DNA of 64,000 nt from Setoptus koraiensis (GCA_048013815.1 CM106585.1:17422001-17486000); one strand, 5' to 3'; positions 51,222-62,709 are shown, counted from the stretch's first letter. The notes: generated from the letters alone by a model not told the origin. Translations and numbers: made by a program.

Positions 51222-54068
51222 ATGGCAATTGTTTATAGTCGAGATGTAAAAGATGAGTGTCTCAAGGTTAAGATTGGTTGCCTGGAAGGCACTCGGCCTC
51301 GGCCGAATTATTCACAGATCATCGAGAAGCCCCAGTTGAAATATTCTGGCTTATTAGACACGGATTGCGCCGATCTTATTGTTGATTGTATTCTAGAATC
51401 AGATGGAAAACAGATTTGTCCAACAGTGCAAACAGCTTATAAACATTTTACAAATCAATGGAGTTGGAACGATTGGTTAGAGTTTCCCATTTCTATTTGT
51501 GATTTACCTCGTGATACAATATTAATATTTAAATTTTGCGACTCGTACGGTCCATCTGAGCCAGTTGTAATTGGAAAAGCGTTTGTAACCATCTATGGCC
51601 AATTGGGTGCTATGAGATCGGGTCTGTATGATCTAAGAGTCTGGACAGAGGATCAGTTAGTAGACAAGTGGACTTTTAGCGGACAGCATGACTTAGACAG
51701 ACTGTATGAACTTAAATCGCATCATCACAATGGCCAAATGACCAAAATTGATTGGTTAGACAAATTGACCTTTCTTAAGATTGAGAAAATAACGCAAGAG
51801 AGCAAGAAAAACTCACAATACATGTATATATCGATTGAATTTCCAAAAGTTCTCATAGACAATATAATTGACGGCTCTATAGTTTATTTTGAGACAAACG
51901 GAGAAGAGGAGAGCTACCACCGTCAGCAGCAGAACCAACTTGAACAGTCATCCAATAGTAGTGATATTATATTAATACAAGATCCAGAATTAGGATTGGA
52001 CAATATCATCGAAGGCAAACATCATAAATTGTCTCGTAGTGCACGAAGTTGTATCAGTGATAAAGATATAAAACCTAATGCAAGTGTTAGAGATCAACTA
52101 AACGCCATTGTTTCTTACCCTCCAACAAAGAATCTTACCAGCGAAGAGCAGGATCTCATTTGGAAATTCAGATTCTACCTAATGAACCAAAAGAAGGCAT
52201 TAACGAAATTTCTCAAGTGTTTAAATTGGGAACTTTCCGCTGAAGTGAAACAAGCATTAGAATTGTTGTCCTCATGGCAACCCATGGACATTCAAGATGC
52301 TCTTGAGCTTTTGTCGCCCCAATTTACACATGCCCAAGTAAGAAGATACGCAGTCTCTCGGCTACAACAAGCACCAGACGAGGATCTATTGTTGTATTTG
52401 TTGCAATTGGTTCAAGCACTCAAATACGAAAATCAAGAATGCATAAATCCCAACGAATCCCAGACCACGGTGGCTTCAGTCAGCTCTACAGCTGGTCTCA
52501 CTACAAGCTCACCACCAGTGACCAATAACCATTGTGATTTAGCTACTTTCCTCATAGATCGGTGCGTAGCGGACGACGTCTTGGCGAATTACTTTTATTG
52601 GTACATGGTGGTAGAGATAGAAAATTATTCATTGAATGTAACGGAAATCAATCCGCATCACTCAGCTAACCAACAGGCATCAAATGAGAACGGCAATAAA
52701 AAACCACCAGCTCCTTATGTTATCGTTATGGACAGATTTATGCAAAAACTAGCATCCGGCAACGTAGAAATGATCAAGAGAAGAAATTTCATATTAAGGC
52801 AGCGTCTATTTGTTGACAAGCTCGTCCAATTGATGAGAATGGTGGCCAAAGAAAGCAAAAATCGTTTAGGTAAGATAGAGAAACTAAAAGAGTTGCTCGC
52901 CGACAGTGGTGATGCCCTCCAGTTTGACTTCAAGCACTTCGACCCACCACTGGCGTTACCTCTGGATCCCCACATTGAGATTTTGGGTGTGATACCCGAG
53001 GCGGCCACTCTTTTTAAAAGTCAACTTATGCCTTGTAGATTGACATTAAAAACGGCACATCACATACCTAGCACCACGCGCCTACCTACAACACCTTCAC
53101 AAACTGATCTAGTAGGTAGCTCATCATCAGCGTCTGTTGAGAGGAGCCGCAGTAGTGATCATCTTAATATGGCCGGATTGAATATACATAACAAGCAGCT
53201 TACGCAACAGTCTCGTCATTTAAAACAAGTTCCTACCACTGGATCATTGCCTAAAACTGTTTATGGACCGCTCCAGGCACCCGCCTATTCCGAATACAAC
53301 ATTATATTCAAGCATGGCGATGATTTGCGCCAAGATCAATTAATTTTGCAGACGATCACATTGATGGATAAACTTCTTAGACGAGAGAATCTGGATCTCA
53401 AACTCACACCTTACAGGGTTCTGGCCACTAGTACGCGCCACGGATTTGTTCAATATGTTGATTCTATTTCTGTAGCTGAAGTACGCGCCACCGAGGGTAG
53501 TATTCAGAACTTTTTTAGACGCTATGCTCCATCGTCCGATGCTCAATATGGCATCTTACCTGAGGTCATGGACACCTATATTAGATCGTGCGCGGGCTAT
53601 TGTGTTATCACCTATTTACTTGGTGTAGGTGATCGTCATTTGGACAATTTACTATTGACAAAGACAGGCAAATTGTTTCACATTGATTTTGGCTATATTC
53701 TAGGTCGCGATCCAAAGCCATTGCCGCCACCCATGAAACTCACAAGAGAGATGGTAGAAGCTATGGGTGGACCAACATCGGATTTGTATCAGCAATTTTT
53801 GAAACTCTGTCACACGGCTTATCTACATCTGAGAAGACATTCAAGTTTGATATTGAATTTGTTCTCACTGATGGTGGATGCAAATGTCCCTGACATAGCC
53901 TTGGAACCGGACAAGACCGTGAAGAAAGTCCAAGATAAATTCCGACTGGATTTAAGCGATGAGGAGGCCGTCCACTATATGCAGAATTTAATCGATATAA
54001 GTGTCTCGGATGTCATGGCCGTTCTGGTTGAGCAAATACACAAGATTGCTCAATATTGGAGAAAGTAG
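51222..54068 (+). CDS. PIK3C3: Class III phosphatidylinositol 3-kinase catalytic subunit Vps34 (948 aa, single coding exon)
   Basis: C2 (VKIGCLEG...WNDWL), helical domain (VRRYAVSRL, YLLQLVQALKYE), kinase FKHGDDLRQD, GDRHLDN, HIDFG and C-terminal EQIHKIAQYWRK. The ATG at 51222 was chosen by similarity to the known N-terminus. Confidence 0.97.
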   Translation: MAIVYSRDVKDECLKVKIGCLEGTRPRPNYSQIIEKPQLKYSGLLDTDCADLIVDCILESDGKQICPTVQTAYKHFTNQWSWNDWLEFPISICDLPRDTILIFKFCDSYGPSEPVVIGKAFVTIYGQLGAMRSGLYDLRVWTEDQLVDKWTFSGQHDLDRLYELKSHHHNGQMTKIDWLDKLTFLKIEKITQESKKNSQYMYISIEFPKVLIDNIIDGSIVYFETNGEEESYHRQQQNQLEQSSNSSDIILIQDPELGLDNIIEGKHHKLSRSARSCISDKDIKPNASVRDQLNAIVSYPPTKNLTSEEQDLIWKFRFYLMNQKKALTKFLKCLNWELSAEVKQALELLSSWQPMDIQDALELLSPQFTHAQVRRYAVSRLQQAPDEDLLLYLLQLVQALKYENQECINPNESQTTVASVSSTAGLTTSSPPVTNNHCDLATFLIDRCVADDVLANYFYWYMVVEIENYSLNVTEINPHHSANQQASNENGNKKPPAPYVIVMDRFMQKLASGNVEMIKRRNFILRQRLFVDKLVQLMRMVAKESKNRLGKIEKLKELLADSGDALQFDFKHFDPPLALPLDPHIEILGVIPEAATLFKSQLMPCRLTLKTAHHIPSTTRLPTTPSQTDLVGSSSSASVERSRSSDHLNMAGLNIHNKQLTQQSRHLKQVPTTGSLPKTVYGPLQAPAYSEYNIIFKHGDDLRQDQLILQTITLMDKLLRRENLDLKLTPYRVLATSTRHGFVQYVDSISVAEVRATEGSIQNFFRRYAPSSDAQYGILPEVMDTYIRSCAGYCVITYLLGVGDRHLDNLLLTKTGKLFHIDFGYILGRDPKPLPPPMKLTREMVEAMGGPTSDLYQQFLKLCHTAYLHLRRHSSLILNLFSLMVDANVPDIALEPDKTVKKVQDKFRLDLSDEEAVHYMQNLIDISVSDVMAVLVEQIHKIAQYWRK

Positions 54069-54175
54069 CCAAAGCAAATAGATTGTTTTGTTTTTTATAA
54101 TTATTTTGAATGAATTCTCTAAATCAAATTTGCCTCATAGTTGTAACAAAGTACAATTGCGTACTGCTGTTGTCG

Positions 54176-55027
54176 CTAACTTCTGTGGTGAGATGATGGG
54201 GATTTTCTTCTATGTTTTTTATGCTTGGAACATTTACTTTTCTTATGTGCTTTCTCTCGATTTGATCGACTATTTTGATCGACATCTCTCCTCTTTTCTT
54301 TTTGGGAACTTTTCCTTTTTCGACGGTGCTTTGCATGCTTCTTATGTTTAGAAATTGAGGGTGTGCCTGGCTCAGTGAGGTCGATAATTATATCTGCAGA
54401 AGTTTTTGTCTTCGATGATTTGACGACGAGCGATTGCTCACTATCGCCGGCCTCAATCTGATTGTCCATCATGATACGTTGAGCGCTTTGCATGATTATT
54501 AAAGGGTCATGGACGCTTCGGATATCATTCGATTTGTCGGCTACAGATTGCTTGTAATGACTAGTTGTCTGTGCTGTGCCACAAGAGGTGAGACCCATCC
54601 TTTTCTCGTGGTCTTGAATGTACCATGGGTTATCGACATTCGTTGACACTCCACCTAATTTATTTAGTATGCCCACTTTTGATTGCCACAATATCTCTTC
54701 TCGCTTTTGTTCGTAATCGCGCTCTTTGTTCGTCGATGTTTGATGATCCTTTGCACAATCAAACAGATTTATATGACCGTCAGGTCCTTTGAGGAACTGA
54801 GAACTCTCTTGTCCAGGGGCAATTGCCGTAGCAGAGGTATCACATGTTGAACTTGGCTCTAGACCTAATCTACCTCTCAGATAATTGATTCTGGCCTCTT
54901 GTTCCGCTACCAGAACCCGTTGCTCCTCTAACTTGGCCAACTCTTCAGCTTTTGCCTCATCCTGACGCACTCTCTCAATATTTTTTTTGGTCCTTACATG
55001 CCAGCTCTTCTTTGGTAATATGTTCAT
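54176..55027 (-). CDS. LENG1: Leukocyte receptor cluster member 1 homolog (283 aa, single exon)
   Basis: The N-terminus MNILPKKSWHVRTKKNIERVRQDE is the characteristic LENG1 (Cir_N-like) start; basic K/R/S/H-rich tail. Confidence 0.9.
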   Translation of the reverse strand: MNILPKKSWHVRTKKNIERVRQDEAKAEELAKLEEQRVLVAEQEARINYLRGRLGLEPSSTCDTSATAIAPGQESSQFLKGPDGHINLFDCAKDHQTSTNKERDYEQKREEILWQSKVGILNKLGGVSTNVDNPWYIQDHEKRMGLTSCGTAQTTSHYKQSVADKSNDIRSVHDPLIIMQSAQRIMMDNQIEAGDSEQSLVVKSSKTKTSADIIIDLTEPGTPSISKHKKHAKHRRKRKSSQKEKRRDVDQNSRSNREKAHKKSKCSKHKKHRRKSPSSHHRS

Positions 55028-56976
55028 ATTCTCTCTAAGTTTAATTAATAAATTGTAGTGAAATCGTTGTATAACGTGTACCGCAAATTAGAGATTCCGG
55101 TGAGGTTTGGCGTTACAGAATCAGCTGATCCTGGATCGGTAAACAAATGATCAAAGAGAAAGAGAGATTCTTCTCTTCTTTTCTATCAACATAATATTTG
55201 TAAATTGAGTCATTACATATATCTCGATGACCTATCATTATTTTCCTTCTGGTTATCAAGTCGTCGATATCAAGTTTATTGTTTCGGAGATTAGCTAGAG
55301 GTGATCATCAAGGAATTGCAAGCCACAAATCTGTGGTGCATCACCGGCTGATAAATGTGATGAGTTTAGTCTATCTTTGTAGTTTGTTATCGAAAATGCA
55401 GCCGAAGATGCCAATTGAGCTTAAGAACACAGGTAAACTAACAGGTAGATGCATATGTGTGACACACACTTGGCAAAACAGCGTCTCTTTGGAACAGCTT
55501 CTTTACAACTGTTAGATTCGTCGTACAACGCGAATAGACAAACGCACAAACAGGTGATTTTCAACAATCCTTACATATACATAACAAGTACACAACACAA
55601 AGATCATCACACTCTTGTCAGATAAATAAATACAAGCCAACCTTTAACTGAGCATTATCTAGCTCTATTTTTTTATATTTTATTAGTTAATCCATATCCA
55701 GACCCCCTGAGAGGTTATTCTTACAACAAATTACTATTATATCCTATTATTGCAATAAACATTTGATTATATGAATTTATTCCATTGTATAAGGACCATT
55801 CATCATTTCTCGACAATCCGTTATGGTTTCTATTAGGATGTATCTAACATAACGAAACAAAATAGGCTCATTGCCTGTCAAAATACTACTATTAGTGATG
55901 CTATATCAATATTTTGTGTATTGGTGACCGAAAAACAACAGCAACAACAAATACATCAAAACAGGGAAGCAGTTTGATGCGAAACAAATTTGTTGTCCTT
56001 GAAGCTCCCCTGGACCCGTTTTTAATGGAGCTTTCAGCTAGTGATTTTCATCGAAGACACTTCGTATATTAATGGAGTTTAGTAGATTTTGTATTTACCA
56101 AAGTTGAACTTACAACTGCTTGAAATACGAGCATTGACTATTCGAATGTACAAACATTTTGGAATTCAAACTAATCTATGTATTTACAGCAACAACAGCT
56201 TTTCGACAGCACTACATTGACACACTCGGCGGCTCAGCTTTCAATCTCTTTGATAACCTTGTTGAGCCCTGAACATTAACTAAGCCAAAATTCATAGCTG
56301 AAACAGGAACGGAAAACACCGGCACTCAACTAATATATTGACCACCGGTGTATAATATTATACTCTTACTTGAGTGATTCGGCTCACTCAACATGACTCT
56401 TGTTTAAACAGAATTTTTTCTATCTGCTGCAACACAATTGTTTGATCTCGATCTATCAAATAACGTCCGTCGAAATCAATAAGTCAAGACTCTCTAACAA
56501 TCATAGTATGACTGACGGACTCATCGAATTTCTATTGACATTTCTAACATGAGTCTGATGCACAACTCCAATCTGAACGCTTCCACCCAGAAAATACAAT
56601 CAAATAACAAAGAAACTTGAGTGAAAAGTAAAGAGATTAAAGAGTAGATAGAAAAAGGATGTAGCCAATCATATTAGTGAATACACAAATGCTTATAACT
56701 TGCAAAGGATAAGCACCATTGCCTTAACATACATAATTCCTTGAAAATTAGCTTAACTGTTGCCTGGTTTCTAAACGCAACGTTGACATCTAAGTTTCGT
56801 TTAAATTTTATCAACTTTTCGGAATGAACCGAACTCCTATTGTAAGGTAAATCATCAACCACAGGATTGGATTAACTTTGAAGAGCACATTCGCGTCCCT
56901 GAAACTATCGGGGATATACTATAATCACACAACTTTAACCAAGAACAACTAGGCTAGTCCATTTACTTATTTTAAG

Positions 56977-58527
56977 ATGTACCAAACAAGCTCATCGAAG
57001 AATTCATCCAAATATATTTTACGAGATGATGATACTATTCATAATTCAATCAATCAATTTGATATTAAGAAAGAGCAACAAGTTACGCAGGAAAGGATTT
57101 CAAATCTCACTCTAGGTAATGTGACCAGCAATACTAAGAAGAGTAATTCAACCAACGATCAACCTAGAATTTTCACTGGCAGCAAAGTTGTCAAAAACAA
57201 CTCCGATCCAACTGATCGTGGTCTACCATTGCCGCCAAACACTAAACGATATTGGGGTGAGGAGAAAAATTTCGATTCTATTTATTCGATCTATTTGAAA
57301 AAGATTAGTTACACTTTCAATGACGCAACACTGCTTAGACCTAGTGCAATAAATTCGCCTTCACTAGATTTGATACACACTTCCGGCACCAATGAAATTA
57401 CCGATGAATTTCAATCTCGAGGTCGAAAAAATTTCTTTAGTCGTAAATACCGAAGACGAAGTTGCTCCGTAGACAAGTATTCGGTTAGCGATACTAAATC
57501 ATCAAGTAGTGAGTTGAGCTCGAAGAGTAAATTAGGTCATGACAATCGCAAATCAAACTTTGAACAAACAAGTCAGAACGTTCACAATTCTTCAATTACG
57601 CAACAACCGAATGAAACAAGTGCTCAATTTTTACAATGGGAAACGAGACAGATTAGAGTTCTCCAAGCCGCCACACTTGATCACATCGTGAAGTTTATTC
57701 TACTTATTAATTCCACCAACGGAACAGACAAAAAAGCCCCGAATAAAGGAACCAACTACTGTAAAATACTTGATGATGTCACATCTAATTCCTTGCTGGA
57801 GGAAGAAAGAAACAATGTGGCCCATATAATTCATGTTTTATTCTGTACATATAGAATTTACACGAATCCCCACAAATTAATGCTCAAAATATTAGAACAT
57901 TCTAAGACCTGCCGACCAGAGCAATTCAAGTTTGTTATGCATTACTGGATGGACAATTATCCTGAAGATTTTCGTTACTCTATAAAATCTGATGAAACAC
58001 AGTCCAGATCTAGTTCTAGTGGCTCTAGAAGCTTGATTTCTGCATTCAACACAGTAGGTGACGGAAATCTGGTGGAACGCTCATCAAAAGATACAGTTCA
58101 AGAGCAGCACCAGACCGAACAGTGTTCTATGACTTCTTGTGATAGTTCTGCGACTGTTTTAAGCAGTACCGAAAGTAATAATACTGTCACCAGCTATAGC
58201 CAGAGTAGCGGCGACGAAGGCGCTAGGTTATTCATAAGACCAACCCATTCTAAGAATCTATTACGCAACTCTAGTTCAAGCTCCAAAGGAAACAAATCCT
58301 TAGACACCACAGATGGTGATCGGTCCTTGATCGATGAACTAATGCGACATCATGACGATGAATCTATTCGTAAGAAGGCCCTGAAAATATCTGAATTGAA
58401 CAACGAACTAGATTTCGAATCAGACGATCCTAGCAGTATGTCTGTGCCTAGCACAGTAGCGAAAAACTCATCAGTTCTTGATCATGACTCTCGATATGTG
58501 TCCCAGCAATTGACTGCGATAGATTTA
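56977..58527 (+). CDS. Rgl: RalGDS/RGL-family Ral GEF, exon 1 (REM domain and start of CDC25)
   Basis: WGEE...SIYSIYLKK, WETRQIRVLQAATLDHIVK, LFCTYR, WMDNYPEDF and VSQQLTAID. Donor TTA|GTAAGT in phase 0. Confidence 0.85.
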
Positions 58528-58615
58528 GTAAGTATTCAAGTCAAGTGCCATAATCAAATCAATTTAACAGAAAATATTTAATAACTAAACTGTTCTTCCC
58601 GCCACGAATTTTCAG

Positions 58616-58822
58616 GAAAACTTTCTTTGCTTACGAACTTACTCTCTACTCAAAGGAACAAAGTCCGATAAAAGGGTCCAGAGTATGATCAGAAACTTCA
58701 ATCTATTATCAAGACATGTGATTATAACGATACTCAAATCTCATAGCCCGCACACTGTCGCATCGCATTGGATTTCTATAGCGATGCATTTGAGGAAGAT
58801 GAAAAACTTCAACTCGCTCAAG
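58616..58822 (+). CDS. Rgl: RalGDS/RGL-family GEF, exon 2 (CDC25)
   Basis: TTTCAG| to AAG|GTACGA, phase 0-0; encodes ...WISIAMHLRKMKNFNSLK. Confidence 0.85.
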
Positions 58823-58912
58823 GTACGAAAAAGAAAATACGTTCACTATAAATCATTCAAAGCGAGGACAAGTTCTATAACAAGTATATCTTCTTTTATT
58901 ATCTTATTTTAG

Positions 58913-59493
58913 GCCATTATCGCAGGTCTAACAAACGAGTCTATATATCGACTGAAGCAAACAGTTTGGGGACGTGTGAATCGCACAGATATGGCTAGTT
59001 TTAAACTACTATCATCTATTGTAGATGACGTCAACAACCAGACTGTGCTTAGACAGACCCAACTTATTATAGAGGGCACCGCAAAGATGAATATAGAAGA
59101 GGATTCTTTCGGAACTATTCCATACCTAGGAACATTCTTGACTGATTTGAATGTGATCGATGCAAGATACCCCAATTTTGTTCCTTCTCCTCATAACGAC
59201 CAATTGGAAGATACAAAGGATTTCAATATCAAATTGATCAACATCGAAAAATGTGCTAAACAGTTTGAAATTCTGACACAAGTGCAATTGTTACAAAAGA
59301 ATGTTCTTGCTTCATTGTATTCCATACTCAGGAAAAATCATTTTGATAGGCATGCCGACAGCACTCGATTTCAAATGGAGTCCAATCAGACACAACAGTT
59401 ACTATTGGTTAAACCATGTATACCTCAAGTGTCAATAGTATTTAAGACTTGGTTTCATGATAAAGAGGTATCTGCCATGACGGATAAGCAATG
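58913..59493 (+). CDS. Rgl: RalGDS/RGL-family GEF, exon 3 (CDC25)
   Basis: AIIAGLTNESIYRLKQT, EGTAK, GTIPYLGTFLTDL and LINIEK. Donor TG|GTAAGT in phase 2. Confidence 0.88.
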
Positions 59494-59602
59494 GTAAGTG
59501 TTTTCCTGATATTCTCCACTTAATTATTTATATTTTGACATTATTACTAACCAGCCTTCTTTCTCAATCCTCAAATATCACTTGTCAAAACTCAAATTGA
59601 AG

Positions 59603-59648
59603 TTATGAAATCTCTATCAGTTTAGAGCCAAATGTCAGCAACAAATGA
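59603..59648 (+). CDS. Rgl: RalGDS/RGL-family GEF, terminal exon (CYEISISLEPNVSNK*)
   Basis: The AAG| acceptor in phase 2 restores the conserved CDC25 terminal motif SYxLSxxLEP. Total CDS is 794 aa. Confidence 0.7.
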
Positions 59649-59784
59649 CGACCCAATCAAAATCAACTTTGGAGTATCGATTATCAATTGTGAATCTAAT
59701 CAATATGTAAACATAAAACATATATAAATATTCATCTAGTTAGGATAGTTTTAGTTGTAGAATGATGGTGATAATTATTTTTAG

Positions 59785-60420
59785 TCACACTATCAATCTA
59801 TGAGTGATGTATCGACCTGCTATATCGCTTTTCCTGACTATTTTAATCACTTGGCCACGCTTATAACCGAAATATCTTGCGACTGGATCTGTCACTAACA
59901 TTTTCATCAAAAGGCTCTCTTTTATCTTATATTTGGTTAGTAGTTCTTGTTTTTCCTCTAGAGTTAATAGTATGTGTTGTGGAACCATTTCGTGCTCTGT
60001 AATGTTGATGAGTAATTCTGACTCTGTGAAATGTTCCAAAACAAATTCAGGCGCCATCTCGGTGAGCGCCTGCTTGGCCGATGGTGTCATGCTCAATTGG
60101 ATCACCAGTATTCCCCTAAATATTCTCTCATCTTTCATGCGTCCCAATAGCGTTTTAACTGTCTTAACGCCTATCTTTGGTTCTTCAGCATAGAAGACAA
60201 CAATTTTATCATTGACATCGTCATGATGTGAGTACTGTTGCGTCAAATCGGCTCTACTGGGCTGATTGGCTGTTATTGGTTTACTTCCATACTGGTTCTT
60301 GAAATCCTCTATTGTTTGGTCCAATTCACTCTGGAGCAGCAGGTAGCCCCTATCGTGACACATTTGCATAATAGTTTTCTTGACTCTCCATAGTTTGTAC
60401 ACCTCAGTCTCGTCCTCCAT
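59785..60420 (-). CDS. POLR2E: RNA polymerases I, II and III shared subunit RPB5 (211 aa, single exon)
   Basis: [26 protein letters not shown] and [31 protein letters not shown] are canonical RPB5 motifs. Confidence 0.97.
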   Translation of the reverse strand: MEDETEVYKLWRVKKTIMQMCHDRGYLLLQSELDQTIEDFKNQYGSKPITANQPSRADLTQQYSHHDDVNDKIVVFYAEEPKIGVKTVKTLLGRMKDERIFRGILVIQLSMTPSAKQALTEMAPEFVLEHFTESELLINITEHEMVPQHILLTLEEKQELLTKYKIKESLLMKMLVTDPVARYFGYKRGQVIKIVRKSDIAGRYITHRLIV

Positions 60421-61462
60421 TTAATTTTATTTTTCTTATATCATTAATTGGGTACAGAACAATCCGACTGACTGATAATTTTTTTGTAAGAAATATCAAT
60501 CTTGATACACACGAGAATCGACACCATGTGAATCCAAAGAAACGTGGTTTCTACGAGGTCTGTTCCAACTTCTGACGGATAAACCTGGGCGCAAAATTCA
60601 AACATCCGTCAGGCAAAGTTCGCGACTTCGCGGCCTTGACGCAGTCTGTTAAATATGGTTGCCTGTGCATTGAAGTAGATTACGATAGGTGAGAATGGAT
60701 TTTTATCAGATAGCGATGGATATATCGAGGTAAGCTGCTACTTTGAAGAGTTTTGGCCTGAGCTGTATAGTTTCGCAGAGTTGCATTTAACAAGAAAAAG
60801 TTATGGTGGCAGTGTGCTGCATTACATTCACCTGGTTTAGCTTTCGTTGAGCTGCTCACCTGTGTGCATGTGTCAGCTGTAACAACCTGTTATTGTAGTG
60901 GAGTAGCTTTTTATACCTCATTTCCACAAGTGGCAAATGTAGCAACAATGTAAACTGTATTCCAACAGCAATGTCATGTGGTATTTCTGTCCTTTGGATG
61001 TGATCTCTCCCACTGTAATGCTCTTATCATTGTTATTGTCATCTGTAGTTGGCCTGGTGCTTACTGTAGTGGATTGTTCTTGTTGTCTTGCTATAACACA
61101 TCTACTCATATCTGTCGTCGTTATCATTTGCTCTGATCTACAGGCTACATCGACAATAATTCATTAGCTCACGATCGAATTACTAAATGTTTTTGACCCA
61201 CAAAACGGCAAGCCGAACGTTGTAATCATACAAAATATTCACTGATAGACTATGCAAAACTTCTCAATCATATTATAATCATTCAATGTATCATAACATT
61301 AATTATGCGGCGAATAGAATTATTAAACTAGACCACAATTAAATAGACTCAATTAAATTGTATGAATTTAAACTCATTTAGAGCTGTGTTATTATTTTAA
61401 GTAGAACAATAATAAATTTCTCGCGTTTTAACAGGAATCAATCAACTTTTCATCATTAGACA

Positions 61463-61582
61463 ATGCTCTGCATTCAATGTTCCATGCCAAATCTAGTCAT
61501 ACCCATAACGTTGCTTGTTCAATTGTACATGGTGGTCGCTAGAATAATTCCATTGAGTATGCCCAATATTCGACCAGAGCAC
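61463..61582 (+). CDS. Phm: Peptidylglycine alpha-hydroxylating monooxygenase, exon 1 (signal-peptide-like segment and PLSMPN)
   Basis: A hydrophobic N-terminus followed by IPLSMPNIRPEH; donor CAC|GTAAGT in phase 0. The start codon choice is uncertain. Confidence 0.75.
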
Positions 61583-61672
61583 GTAAGTAATCGGATCACT
61601 GTTGATTCTGGAGTCAATCATTAAATCAATATAATTAAGTTTGCTAACAATCATTCTCTTTCACAACATCAG

Positions 61673-61730
61673 GATGAGACCTACCTGTGCAGTGCCACGA
61701 GACTACCCTCGGATGAGCATGAATATATCG
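61673..61730 (+). CDS. Phm: PHM exon 2 (DETYLCSATRLPSDEHEYI)
   Basis: ATCAG| to G|GTAAGT, phase 0-1; conserved YLC motif. Confidence 0.85.
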
Positions 61731-61849
61731 GTAAGTATGCTGACTAGGTTTGTTAAGTTTTCTTCGGATTTGTCTCATTGGAGGCTCGAGGTGAGCGCTA
61801 ATCTTGCATATTTTGCACAACCATATTGATGTTTCATATTGATGTGTAG

Positions 61850-62709
61850 TGGGATTCGAACCGAACGCCTCGGCCACCAAGGTGCATCACATATTATTGT
61901 ATGGCTGTGAGAATCCTGGATTATTTTTGCGCGATACACCCAAAGTAACATGGGAATGCGGTGAAATGGCCCTCACTTCTGAAGAAGCAGCACACAGCTC
62001 TTATGAGAAGGGACCCGTTTGCGGAAATGGTTATACGTCTATACTGTTTAGCTGGGCTTTGGATGCTCCCTCGATTGATTTACCTCCCGGGGTGGGATTT
62101 ATGATTGGTGGAAAGAAATCTAAAGTCAACTATATTGTTTTGCAAGTGCATTATGGACACACACACATGTTTAGACAAGATAAGCATATGAGGGACGACT
62201 CGGGGATAATATTGCACACAGTGCCAGGCAATGATAGAAGTATTACTAAACGGGCCGGAATATATCTGCTATTATCCAATGGTTATGTGTTACAAGGCAT
62301 AAGTAAACACGAGATGGCGTGCAAAATAACGGAGAACAAGATAATTCATCCATTCAGGTATAGGACGCACACGCATAAACTCGGTTATAACGTGGCCGGC
62401 TATAAGAGACCCTTCAATGCACCCTCAAATCACATGCAATTAATTGGACAACATGATCCTCAGCAACCCCAAATGTTTTATCCCATTGAAGATTCTACAA
62501 TGGAAATTGGACAGGGCGACGGCCTATACGCTTACTGTGATTATAATAACACTGTCGGTCATGACGTCATGATTGGTGCCACCGGTAACGATGAAATGTG
62601 CAATTTCTACATTATGTATTGGATAGATGGACCCGATCTTTTGGAAAGTCAAGATTGCCTGCAATACAATCCAAGGCACGCCTTTGATTCATCGAAATAT
62701 GATCATTAA
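61850..62709 (+). CDS. Phm: PHM exon 3 (copper monooxygenase core; total 345 aa)
   Basis: CuH ligands VHHILLYGC and LQVHY; CuM ligands RTHTH and EMCNFYIMYW. The stop follows directly, with no PAL domain. Confidence 0.93.

Noticed and set aside
8184-55447. Scattered CAGGTAG/CTACCTG (Zelda-like) words
   Set aside because: There are few copies, they are likely variants of the abundant ACAGGTG motif, and I cannot show a Zelda ortholog in this lineage.
55100-56900. Possible small gene between LENG1 and RGL
   Set aside because: Only short ORFs. The MQPKMPIELKNT donor at about 55434 is out of frame with the RGL acceptor, so the region is probably promoter and 5' UTR.
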